A DNA stretch of 64,000 nucleotides. Source: Acidimicrobiia bacterium (GTDB taxonomy: Bacteria > Actinomycetota > Acidimicrobiia > Acidimicrobiales > CATQHL01). The stretch is taken from the NCBI GenBank assembly GCA_009835395.1, contig VXXM01000014.1, forward strand, positions 3,091 to 67,090. Direction: 5' to 3'. Below, piece after piece: positions 30,333 to 39,802 of the stretch. A program made the position numbers and the translations under genes. How positions within the stretch are numbered: position 1 is the first letter of the stretch; each line of letters starts with the position of its first letter. The notes below the pieces were generated by a model. That model saw only the letters and a list, made by a program, of their open reading frames with translations. It was not told where the DNA came from and did not search any database.

Positions 30333-31483
30333 CTCAGGGCGCGGCACAGGTCCCCGGCCAGGTGGTCGTAGCTGAACCGCGCCTCGGCTCGCCGGCGCGC
30401 CGAGGCGCCCATACGGTGGCGCCGATCGGGATCGTCGAGCATCGCCGCCAGGCTGTCGGCGACCGCCGCGGCGTCGTCGGGATCGGTGACCACGAGCCCG
30501 CCGGTGCCGTGCTCGACGGCTTCGGCTGCTCCCCCGCTCTCGCCGGCCACCTGCGCCACCCCGGCGGCCGCCGCCTCCAGGAAGACGATCCCGAATCCCT
30601 CCTGCTCGAGGCCCGCCCAGCGCCGGCGGCACAGCATGGCGAACAGGTCCGCCGCGCCGTACAGCTCGGCCAACTCGCTCTCTGCGACCCGCCCGAGCAG
30701 GCGTGCGGGCGCGCCGGTCCGGCGAACGAGCCGCTCCAGTCTCCCGCTGTCCCTGCCCGCGCCGGCGATGCACAGGCGCAGACCGGGGCGGCCGGACGCC
30801 AGGCGGGCGACCGCCTCGATCAGCCTGTCGATGCCCTTGCGGGGCACCAGCCGGCTGACGCAGAGCACCAGGGTCTCACCGTCACCCACGCCGAGGCGGT
30901 GGCGCGCCGCCCGCCGCCGTTCGCCGGACAGCGGCACGAAGCGCTGGACGTCCACCCCCGGCGGCACGTAGTGATCCGGCGCCATGTCGGGGCACAGCCG
31001 CCGCGCCTCGCCGGCCGCGTAGCGGCTGGCGGAGATCACGACCTCGGCCCCCGCCAGAGTGCGCCGGAGTGCCCCGGCGGCGAGCGGCAGGCGCGCCGGA
31101 ACCGTCACCTCGGCACCGTGCAGAACGACCCCGTAGGGAACCCCCAGGCGCGGCCCCAGTGCGCCCACGGGGACAGCGGGGTCGAACACGACCAGTTCGG
31201 CGCCGGTGGATGCCAGCAGGTCGCGGATCTCCCCCAGCACCTTCGGCGTGGGCAGCAGGAAGGCGGCCGCGCTGCGCACGATGGGATACGCCTCGGTGGC
31301 GTCGAAGGCGGCGGCACCGGGGTGCGGGCGGGTCAGGACGCAGAACAGATCGGGGGGCAGCCGCCGCCAGAGTTCCCAGAGGTAGTTCTGGATCCCCCCG
31401 ACCTTCGGCGGGTAGTCGTTGGTGACCAGCAGGTGGCGGCGCGGGCGGGGCTCGCCGCCGGCTGCATCGGGCGGCTCGCTCAC
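30329..31483 (-). CDS. GT4 glycosyltransferase (PimB-like mannosyltransferase)
   Basis: LVTNDYPPKVGGIQ, VSRLVPRKG, EGFGIVFLEAAA. Confidence 0.9.
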   Translation of the reverse strand: MSEPPDAAGGEPRPRRHLLVTNDYPPKVGGIQNYLWELWRRLPPDLFCVLTRPHPGAAAFDATEAYPIVRSAAAFLLPTPKVLGEIRDLLASTGAELVVFDPAVPVGALGPRLGVPYGVVLHGAEVTVPARLPLAAGALRRTLAGAEVVISASRYAAGEARRLCPDMAPDHYVPPGVDVQRFVPLSGERRRAARHRLGVGDGETLVLCVSRLVPRKGIDRLIEAVARLASGRPGLRLCIAGAGRDSGRLERLVRRTGAPARLLGRVAESELAELYGAADLFAMLCRRRWAGLEQEGFGIVFLEAAAAGVAQVAGESGGAAEAVEHGTGGLVVTDPDDAAAVADSLAAMLDDPDRRHRMGASARRRAEARFSYDHLAGDLCRALS

Positions 31484-32598
31484 GAGTCGCCCGCCGGGCC
31501 GTCCCCGGGGCCGTCGCCCGGGTCGCCGCCCGGGCTGGCCGCGGGGGCGGCCGCGGGTACCGTCGCAATCTCCGGTTCCAGCCCCAGGCGCTGCGCCGCC
31601 CAGGTCGCGTGGCGGGCCAGCATCCGGTCGGGATGCCGCTGGTAGCGTCGCAGCGTCCCCACCACCTCGGGATCACTGCCGTCAGCGATGTTGCCCAGCA
31701 CAACGAGGGCGTTGCGCCGCAGGTAGCGCGGATCGCGGGCAGGGATGTACCAGCGCCCGTGACGCTCCATGAGTTCCTCGTCGGCGGCGCCCAACAGGTC
31801 CAGGACATCCACCGAGGCCTGCTCACCGACCTCCGCCGCCTCCGGCATGCGCCGGTTGGGCGGACAGACCTCCTGGCAGTCGTCACAGCCGTACAACCGG
31901 TCCCCGAGTGCTTCCCGGAACTCCATGGGGAAGTCGCCGGTGGCCTGCAGCAGCCATGCCAGGCAGCGGCGGGCGTCGACGACTCCCGCAGCGACGATCG
32001 CGCCCGTGGGGCAGCCGTCCAGGCAGCGCCGGCAGGGACCGCAACCGTCGGGTACCCGCTCGCCGGTGGGCGGCAGTGCCGCATCGGTGACCACCGATCC
32101 CAGCACCACCCAGCTTCCCGAGTTCTCCAGCAGGAGGTTGCTGTTCTTGCCGTAGTAGCCCAGGCCGGCCCTGCGCGCGGCCTCCCGATCCACCAAGGCG
32201 TTGTCGTCGGCCACGACGACGGTCCGGTACCCGTGATCGGCCAGCACCCGGGCGGCCGCGCCGAGGGCGGACCGCAGCGCGCCATAGACGTCATCGCTGG
32301 CGTAGCGGGCAACCCTGGCCACCGGACGACCCGGGACGGGCTCCGATGCCGTGGCGCGGGCATAGTCCAGCGCCCCCACCACCAGCGCGGCCGCCCCCGG
32401 GAGGATCCGTCCCGGGTCGGTGGAACGCTCGGGGTTGCGGTAGGTGAACTGCATGCCGCCGTGGTGACCCTGCGCCTTGCGGCGGTGGAGGATGCGCCGC
32501 GTGCTCTCGAACACCTCCACCGGCGCCACACCCACGGCGGCCAGCCCGGCTCGCCGCCCCGCCTCCAGAACCTCGCTTCGCAGACCCGCCGGCGGCAT
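31480..32598 (-). CDS. queG: Epoxyqueuosine reductase
   Basis: VARYA, DREAARRAGLG..GKN, CGPCRRCLDGCPTGA, DARRC, YGCDDCQEVCP, LRRNA. Start inferred at ATG 32598. Confidence 0.93.
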   Translation of the reverse strand: MPPAGLRSEVLEAGRRAGLAAVGVAPVEVFESTRRILHRRKAQGHHGGMQFTYRNPERSTDPGRILPGAAALVVGALDYARATASEPVPGRPVARVARYASDDVYGALRSALGAAARVLADHGYRTVVVADDNALVDREAARRAGLGYYGKNSNLLLENSGSWVVLGSVVTDAALPPTGERVPDGCGPCRRCLDGCPTGAIVAAGVVDARRCLAWLLQATGDFPMEFREALGDRLYGCDDCQEVCPPNRRMPEAAEVGEQASVDVLDLLGAADEELMERHGRWYIPARDPRYLRRNALVVLGNIADGSDPEVVGTLRRYQRHPDRMLARHATWAAQRLGLEPEIATVPAAAPAASPGGDPGDGPGDGPAGDS

Positions 32599-32738
32599 GT
32601 CCCCCGCCGGTTCGTGCCCGCTCGGGCGACGCACGACGCGCGACGGTGCGAGCCGCGCGGGACCGTCGTACCCCTCGATGCGTCCGGCCGTCACCGCCCC
32701 GAGCGTAGGCGTCACGGGCCCCTCGATGGCCTCTACCC

Positions 32739-35700
32739 CTACCCGGAGACCCCCACCGAGGGTGCCAGATCCAGGCGGGCTCGACGCCGCTGCTCGTAGA
32801 GACCGAGCGCGTGGAGGGGGAAGTACTGCCGGTACAGGCCGTAGTCCAGAATCGCCGTGCGGAAGAACACTCCGGCCCCGTCCTGCCGGGGCCATCCTCC
32901 AGCCGCGTCCTGGGTGTCCAGCAGGAATCGAGCGCCCTGGACGATCGCCGTCCAGTCCGAATCGTCCGCCTCGAGCAGCGCAAGCATCGCCCACGCGGTC
33001 TGGATGACCTGACTCTCGGTATGGGCGACGTAGCGACCGGCCAGGCAGCCGCTGTGGTGCTCACCCCATCCCCCGTCGGGCCGCTGGCGATCCAGCAGCC
33101 ACCGGCACGCCCGGCGCAGCGCCGGATCGCCGGGGCGGGCCCCCGCGGCAAGCAGACCTCTGACCCCGAAGAAGGTCCCGTAGATGAACTGAACGCCCCA
33201 GACACCGCGCCACGATCCGTCGCACTCCTGGGTCCGGCGGAGCCACGCCTCGCCCCGGGAGATCGCGCCCGTGACCTCCGGATCCGCGACTTCCGGGGAG
33301 TGCTCCCGGCAGGCGGCCAACGCGGCGAGGCAGGACGCGGTGCATTCGACATAGGAACGCTCGGTCATCGACTCGCCGAACATCTCGGCCGGATTCAGCC
33401 ACTCGAGGCCGACCGCGGAGCGCCGCGCTTCGTAGCTGCCGAACCCGCCGTCGCGGTTCTGGCCGCGCAGCATGAAGCGGACCGCGTCGCCGAGCACCGC
33501 CGCGCCCGCGGCCTCGCGGTCGCCGGCGATCAGCCCGAGCACCGCTTCGGCGGTGCAGTCGGTCACAGGCCAGCCGTGCCACCGCCCGGCGAGACACCAG
33601 CCGCCCTTCGGGTCGGTCCGGTAGGCCTCACCGAATCCTTCGAAGCTGGTATCGATCTGTTGCCGCCCCAGGAAGTCGGCCCCGCGGCGCAGTGCGCTCT
33701 CGGTACCGTCGAAGCGCGGCACGGTCGCCAGCGCCTGCAGGGAGAACCCGGTGTCCCACGAGGCGGTTCTGGCTCCGCTGACACGCGTCCCGCCCTCGGC
33801 GTCCTCCCAGATCCAGCCGTCCAGCCGCGCCAGAGCCTGCCGGCAGTCGCTGTCGTCGGGGTCGCGCAGCCACAGGGCGAGAATGTTGAGGAAGCCGCTG
33901 ACCGGCGAGATGCTCCGATGGGTGGTCGTCCGAAGTTCCCACCTGATGTGCCGGATCATCGACTCGGTACATCGGGCCCGTCGACCCTCGCTGTGGAACC
34001 GTTCGTACCACCGCGCAAGCCCGAGGCCGGCCCGGAGCCACACACCGGGTCGGGCGAAGAGATCGGCGTCCCGCAGGCGATTGCGACCGGCGGAGAAATC
34101 GACGTTGGCGTACCCCTGGGGAAACAACTCCTCCCGGATGGCGGCGACCACCGGCGTGACGGGGGCTCGGAAGCGAAGCGGGTAGACGGCCGCCATCGCC
34201 AAATAGATGAGCCGAGTGTGGCAGTACCACCTCGAAGGATGCAACGCCGTCCAGCGCGGCAGGCTCCACAGTTCCGGCAGAACGGCGTTGACGCCTCGCC
34301 AGTCGTAGAGGCCGACGAGCGCCAACCAGAACTTCCCCCAACTCGGGATGCCCAGAACCCCCTCTGCCTGCAGGAATCGCCGGGCCGGTTCGATCAGCGG
34401 GTCATCTCGCTCGACACCGAGCAATCGTGCCGCAACGTAGACGAGGGTGGTGACGAACAGCTGGGGTGGGGCGTGCTCGTGCAGACCCCACGAGCCGCCT
34501 TCGAGACGGGACCGCTCGAAGTAGCGCAGCACGAGCCGTCGGCGGTCCGCATCGAGCGGCCGTCCCAGAATGTGGTGCAACAGCACGTACTGCGCGGTGA
34601 GCATGGGACACCACGCCATCTCGCCCTCCCAGGCGCCGTCGGCGCCCTGGAGGCTCACCAACCGCGCGCTCGCGCTCCTGAGTGTCGGGCCGGCGTCAGG
34701 TGACGCGACCTCCTCCGGGCGGCTGGGCCGGCGGTCCCTGGTTCTCGACGGCATCGACACCAGGAAGCCGCGAGCCAAGGTGTCCCGAGCTCGCTCGTCC
34801 TTCTGTCCACCGGCGTGCCGCGCCCGACGCAGCAGCCGGATCCCGCGCAGGACCCAGCCGAGGCGAACCGCCAGGGCACGCACGGTCCCGTTGGCCTGAC
34901 GCCAGGCGGATCGGTCGCAGGATCTCGGAATCTCGCTGACCGCGGCACGGGCCGCCATCGCCCCACTGGCCAGCCCCAGGCTGGCTATCGATGTGTTCTC
35001 GCAGGCGAGCAAGCCGATCGTCCGGTCGCGGACCGCGGGACTCTCTCGCAAGCGCCGGTAGACCGTGTGCCTGAGCGCCACGGATTCGACCCGATGATCA
35101 GCGAAGATCTCGTACAGACCCATGGCGAGGAGTTCCGGTGCCCGGGTCGCCTGGAGCCGCCTCTTGGTGAAGTCGCGAAAGCCCCGCCCTTCGGCCAGTG
35201 TCAGGGCATCGCCGAAGCCGAGGGTCATCCCCACGGCCGTCAGCGGGTGGTAGTGCCCCGCGGCGTCCCCGATGAGGACTCGCCGTGGGCTCCCGTATGT
35301 GGCGCGCGGCCTCAGCGCATTGGCCGCGGCAAGGAATCTGCGCGCCCGCAGCGCTTCGACGAACGCAGGCCTCAGCACCTCCGGCATCCAGCCGGCATAC
35401 GAGTCCGACATCACGGCGACCAGGTCCCGCGGCGAGTGTCCCAACGGAACGTCGACGATCACCCGGACGGAATCCTCGCCCAGGCGATAGATGAGAATCG
35501 GCCCCGGTCCACCGCAGACCACGTGCCCGTAACCCTCCAGCGGCAGGCTCACCCCACTCAGTTCGATCCCCATCATCCGCGAGCAGTTGCTCGGGCTCGT
35601 CCAGAGACCCAATGATCGACGCACGACCGATGACCGCCCGTCCGCACCGACGATCAGCTCGGCCTTCAGGGATTCGTCGGTGCCATTGCGGGTGAACGTG

Positions 35701-36113
35701 ACCGAGTGGTCCTCGACCGCCCGCACACGCGCATGCAGCACGAAGTCGACCCCCGGCTCCTCCTCGACAGCTTCACGCAAGCGCGAGACGAGCACCTCGT
35801 GTTCGCACACCAAGCCGTGAGACCCGTCCGGGTACCGGAGCACGATCGGCTCCGACCGGTCCTCGGGGAATACCGCGAATCCCTTGCCCTTGGCGCTCCG
35901 CGGCTGCGTCTCGAGCCCTATCCCGAAATCTTGGAGTATGCGCACAGCGGGGGGATGCAGCCACTCGCCCGCAAGCCGTTTCGAAGTATTGGGGTTTGCC
36001 TCGAGCAAGGCCACCGAGGCGCCTCGACGCGCGTGAGCGAGCGCGCACAGGCTGCCTACCGGACCCGCGCCGACGACGGCTATGTCGTAGCTCGGGGCAG
36101 TGGTGCCGCTCAC
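32739..36113 (-). CDS. Squalene epoxidase (monooxygenase) - oxidosqualene cyclase fusion protein
   Basis: N-half: GAGPVG, RLAGEWLHP, GADGRSS, LIGDAAGHYHPLTAVGM (SQE/SQMO family). C-half: QW repeats (QGADGAW, QNRDGGF, QECDGSWRGVWG, QRPDGGWGE, QDAAGGW), IPSWGKFWL, PELW, WYCHTR, VTDCTAE, LNPAEMFG, YVECT, YRQYFP (OSC family). One uninterrupted frame. Confidence 0.9.
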   Translation of the reverse strand: MSGTTAPSYDIAVVGAGPVGSLCALAHARRGASVALLEANPNTSKRLAGEWLHPPAVRILQDFGIGLETQPRSAKGKGFAVFPEDRSEPIVLRYPDGSHGLVCEHEVLVSRLREAVEEEPGVDFVLHARVRAVEDHSVTFTRNGTDESLKAELIVGADGRSSVVRRSLGLWTSPSNCSRMMGIELSGVSLPLEGYGHVVCGGPGPILIYRLGEDSVRVIVDVPLGHSPRDLVAVMSDSYAGWMPEVLRPAFVEALRARRFLAAANALRPRATYGSPRRVLIGDAAGHYHPLTAVGMTLGFGDALTLAEGRGFRDFTKRRLQATRAPELLAMGLYEIFADHRVESVALRHTVYRRLRESPAVRDRTIGLLACENTSIASLGLASGAMAARAAVSEIPRSCDRSAWRQANGTVRALAVRLGWVLRGIRLLRRARHAGGQKDERARDTLARGFLVSMPSRTRDRRPSRPEEVASPDAGPTLRSASARLVSLQGADGAWEGEMAWCPMLTAQYVLLHHILGRPLDADRRRLVLRYFERSRLEGGSWGLHEHAPPQLFVTTLVYVAARLLGVERDDPLIEPARRFLQAEGVLGIPSWGKFWLALVGLYDWRGVNAVLPELWSLPRWTALHPSRWYCHTRLIYLAMAAVYPLRFRAPVTPVVAAIREELFPQGYANVDFSAGRNRLRDADLFARPGVWLRAGLGLARWYERFHSEGRRARCTESMIRHIRWELRTTTHRSISPVSGFLNILALWLRDPDDSDCRQALARLDGWIWEDAEGGTRVSGARTASWDTGFSLQALATVPRFDGTESALRRGADFLGRQQIDTSFEGFGEAYRTDPKGGWCLAGRWHGWPVTDCTAEAVLGLIAGDREAAGAAVLGDAVRFMLRGQNRDGGFGSYEARRSAVGLEWLNPAEMFGESMTERSYVECTASCLAALAACREHSPEVADPEVTGAISRGEAWLRRTQECDGSWRGVWGVQFIYGTFFGVRGLLAAGARPGDPALRRACRWLLDRQRPDGGWGEHHSGCLAGRYVAHTESQVIQTAWAMLALLEADDSDWTAIVQGARFLLDTQDAAGGWPRQDGAGVFFRTAILDYGLYRQYFPLHALGLYEQRRRARLDLAPSVGVSG

Positions 36114-36224
36114 CGGCTGATCCCCGCCGGCGGACGGCGGTCACGCGGGCAGAGGGCACGCAGCCGGCACGGTTTCTCGGGACCCGCCATCCGGCCACCG
36201 TAGTTCGGGGCCGCAGAGCGGGAG

Positions 36225-37298
36225 TCAGTGATCGTCGGCGAGGCCGCGGGACACCTCCACCCAGCGGGACAGCTTGACCGCCGCCGCTCCGCTGTCGAGC
36301 GCCCCCGCCGCCAGCCGCAGACCCGCGGGGAGGTCGGCGGCGAGATCACCCACGACGAGCCCGGCGGCGGCGTTCAGGCACACGATGTCCCGCCAGGGCA
36401 CGGCTTCGCCCGCCAGCAGCGCCTGAGTCGCCGCCACCCCCGCGGCCAAGTCCGCGCCGGCCAGATCGGCCAGGCCGACGGTCGCCAGGCCCAGCTCCTC
36501 CGGCGTCACGGCATAGCGCTCGATCCGCCCCTCGCGCAGCTCGATCACCCTCGTCGGCCCGATCGTGGACAGCTCGTCGAGGCGGGGATAGCCGTGCACC
36601 ACCATGGCGCGTTGCGTGCCGGTGACGGCCAGCACCTCCGCCATCCGCTCGGCCATGGCGGGGTCGTTCACCCCGATCACCTGGCGCCGCACGCCCGCGG
36701 GGTTCGCCATCGGACCGAGGTAGTTGAACGCCGTGGGTACGCCGAGGCTGCGCCGCGTCGGGCCGGCATGGCGCAGCGCCGGATGGAACAGAGGCGCCAG
36801 GCAGAAGGCGATACCGACCTGCTCGAGGCTGGCGGCGACGCCTGCCGGTCCTAGGTCCACCACCACACCGAGGGCCTCAAGGAGGTCGGCGGAGCCGCAG
36901 GCCGACGACACCGCACGGTTGCCATGCTTGCAGACCCGGGCACCGGCGCCGGCTGCCACGAGTGCCGCCATGGTCGAGATGTTCAGCGTGCCGCTGCCGT
37001 CGCCGCCAGTGCCGGCGGTGTCGATCAGTCCCATCGCCTCGGCGTCGACGTCGACCTCCAGCGCCGCCGCCCGCAACCCCTCGAGCAGCCCGGCCAACTC
37101 GGCGGCCGTCTCGCCCTTGGTGCGCAGGCCGATCAGCAGCCCCGCCATCTCGGCCTCGGAGGCCTGACCGGTCAGCATGGCGTCGGCCGCCGCCCGCGCC
37201 TGGACTCCCGACAGGTGCTCGCCCGCCACCAACGTCCTGAACAGTTCGGCGAAATCCAGCCGGCTGCCGGTGCTCGGGACGTCGGGATGCTCGGACAT
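36225..37298 (-). CDS. trpD: Anthranilate phosphoribosyltransferase
   Basis: KGET, DTAGTGGDG, NIST, KHGNRAVSSACGSAD, FHPA, LGPMANPA. Confidence 0.95.
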   Translation of the reverse strand: MSEHPDVPSTGSRLDFAELFRTLVAGEHLSGVQARAAADAMLTGQASEAEMAGLLIGLRTKGETAAELAGLLEGLRAAALEVDVDAEAMGLIDTAGTGGDGSGTLNISTMAALVAAGAGARVCKHGNRAVSSACGSADLLEALGVVVDLGPAGVAASLEQVGIAFCLAPLFHPALRHAGPTRRSLGVPTAFNYLGPMANPAGVRRQVIGVNDPAMAERMAEVLAVTGTQRAMVVHGYPRLDELSTIGPTRVIELREGRIERYAVTPEELGLATVGLADLAGADLAAGVAATQALLAGEAVPWRDIVCLNAAAGLVVGDLAADLPAGLRLAAGALDSGAAAVKLSRWVEVSRGLADDH

Positions 37299-37392
37299 GC
37301 TGTTTCCTCGGTTCTCAGGGGTTCTCGGTCGGTCCGAACCCGCAGGGATGCGTTCGGGCGCCCACCTGAGCGGGCGGGGATCTACCTCTAGC

Positions 37393-38865
37393 ATGCCAAC
37401 CGTGTCCGGCCGTGCCGCATCCGGCCCCGTAAGGATCCTGGTGATCGACATCGGGAGCACGAGCGTGCGAACGGCGGTCGTTGACGCCTCCGGCCATCTC
37501 CGCCACACTCGCCGCCTGCCGACTCCCCGGCGCTCACCCGCTCCGGGGCTCCTGGAGTTCGATCCGGTCGCCCTGGCCGATGCCGCCATGACCGCCGCCA
37601 CGGCGACACTGAGCGAGGCGGGGGCGGTGGACGCCGTCGGCATCGCCAACCAGCGCGCCTCCACGGTGGTGTGGGATCGCGCCTCGGGCGCTCCGGTGGG
37701 CCCCGGGCTGGGCTGGCAGGACCTGCGTACTGCACTGGATTGCCTCAGCCTGCAGAGCGAGGGGCTGCGCCTGGCGCCCAACCAGCCCGCCACCAAGGCT
37801 GCACATCTGATCGGCGCCGCCGGCGCACCGCCCGAGAGACTCTGCGTCGGCACGCTGGACTCCTGGCTCGTCTGGAACCTCACCGGCGGGACGCAGCACC
37901 TCACCGACGCCACCAACGCCGCGATCACCGGACTGTGCCACACCGACCGCGTGGAGTGGGACCACGCCGTCGCCGAGAGGCTCGGCATCCCCGCCGCCGG
38001 CCTGCCTCGCATCGTCGACAGCAGCGGGCCGCTGGTCGAGGCCGCGGCGCTCCCGGGGAGCCCGTTGATCGTCGGCGTGGCCGGCGACCAGCAGGCGGCA
38101 CTCGTGGGAGCCGGCTGCGTGCGGCGCGGTGACGTGAAGATCACATTCGGAACCGGAGCCACACTGGACGCCTGCCTGGGACCCGGCGACCCCCCAGCGG
38201 AGGTCCGCGGTCCCACCGGCACCTTTCCGATCGTCGCCTGGCAGCAGCACGGGCAGGTGACCTGGGGCATCGAAGCCATGATGCTCAGCGCCGGCAGTTG
38301 CGTCGCCTGGCTCTGCGAGTTGGGTCTGCTCGAGGATCCCGGCCGCTCCGACGCCGTCGCCGCCGGCTCCCTCGACAGCGCCGGCGTGCGCTTCGTCCCC
38401 GCCCAGATGGGCCTCGGCACGCCCGACTGGGACTTCGGGGCTCGCAGCGCCTTCACCGGTCTGACCACCACCGCCGGTACGGCCCATCTCGTGCGCGCCG
38501 TGCTGGAGGGCGTCGCGCACCGCGGGGTCGACATGCTCGAGGCGGCTCGCGCCGACAGCGGCCTGGAGCTCGCCGAGGTGGTCGTGGACGGGGGCATGAG
38601 CGTCAATGGCACCTTCCTGCAGGCACTCGCCAACGCCTCCGGACAGTGTGTGCGCGTCGCCCCCGAGGTGGAGTGCACTGCCTTGGGCGCCGGCTACCTG
38701 GCGGGCCTGGGAATCGGGGCCTGGGACGGCTGGGACGAGGTGGCCTCGCTGCGAGCGCCGACGCGGACCGTCGAGCCTTGCCGGCAGGCGGATCGGGCCG
38801 CCTGGCAGGAGGCCAAGCGGCGAGCCGCCGGCTGGCATCCCGACCTCAGCGCCGTCTCCTTCTGA
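37393..38865 (+). CDS. FGGY-family carbohydrate kinase (glycerol kinase-like)
   Basis: IDIGSTSVR, ANQRAS, WQDLRT, GDQQAAL, KITFGTG, GLGTPDWD, DGGMS. Confidence 0.88.
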   Translation: MPTVSGRAASGPVRILVIDIGSTSVRTAVVDASGHLRHTRRLPTPRRSPAPGLLEFDPVALADAAMTAATATLSEAGAVDAVGIANQRASTVVWDRASGAPVGPGLGWQDLRTALDCLSLQSEGLRLAPNQPATKAAHLIGAAGAPPERLCVGTLDSWLVWNLTGGTQHLTDATNAAITGLCHTDRVEWDHAVAERLGIPAAGLPRIVDSSGPLVEAAALPGSPLIVGVAGDQQAALVGAGCVRRGDVKITFGTGATLDACLGPGDPPAEVRGPTGTFPIVAWQQHGQVTWGIEAMMLSAGSCVAWLCELGLLEDPGRSDAVAAGSLDSAGVRFVPAQMGLGTPDWDFGARSAFTGLTTTAGTAHLVRAVLEGVAHRGVDMLEAARADSGLELAEVVVDGGMSVNGTFLQALANASGQCVRVAPEVECTALGAGYLAGLGIGAWDGWDEVASLRAPTRTVEPCRQADRAAWQEAKRRAAGWHPDLSAVSF

Positions 38866-38942
38866 ATGCCCGAGCCACTCCGAGCCGGAGATCGCGCCAG
38901 CGCAAGGTGCCGACGGCCCGGCGACTCTGGCAGACTGTCAGC

Positions 38943-39312
<370 letters not shown>

Positions 39313-39314
<2 letters not shown>

Positions 39315-39798
39315 ACCGAACCCGGGGCGGGCGGGGCGCGACCGCCAGCCTCCCGGCGCGCAGGAAATCCCGCCGGCGCGCCGGATCGGCCAGCCCGAAG
39401 CGCCGCCACGACCACCACAACGCCGCCGCACCGATCAGTTCCATACCGACCAGCAACCAGATCGGCCGCAGGCCCCTTCCGGCCACCTCGCCGGCGCCCA
39501 GGGGCCACCAGAACGTCTCGGTGCGCAGCCAGGCGCCGTCCAGCACGAGGTGGCAGAAGAGCCCGATCGGCACGCCCAACCAGCGACGTTGCACCAGACG
39601 CCTGCCCCATCCTCCGAGCATGACCGCGGTCATCGCCCCGATCGGCAACAACAGCGAGTCCATGATCCACAGCGCCTCGACGGCGAGCGCCAGGGAGGGC
39701 ACCACCGCGCCGGCCAGCACGAAGCGATAGTCCAGGCCGCGGCTCGAGAACACTGCCGCAACAGCCGGGACGGCCAGCCCGGCGAACCAGAGCAACAC
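39313..39798 (-). CDS. Membrane protein, possibly metal-dependent hydrolase-like
   Basis: Hydrophobic; LDYRFVLAG, HLVLDGAW, FWWPLG. Confidence 0.65.
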
Positions 39799-39802
39799 TG
39801 GC

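Noticed and set aside
29393-31483. SRPBCC protein and glycosyltransferase as possible sterol carrier and sterol glycosyltransferase for the fusion gene
   Set aside because: PimB-like GT4, SRPBCC and ROK kinase form a common actinobacterial neighbourhood independent of sterol genes, and queG intervenes.
31484-31550. Short 12-nt-period GC-rich repeats at the queG 3' end (PGGD/PGDG)
   Set aside because: Low-complexity coding tail; no spacers and no cas genes, so not CRISPR.
32739-34700. Squalene-hopene cyclase (hopanoid) call
   Set aside because: Catalytic motif is DCTAE, not DxDD, and the domain is fused to an epoxidase.
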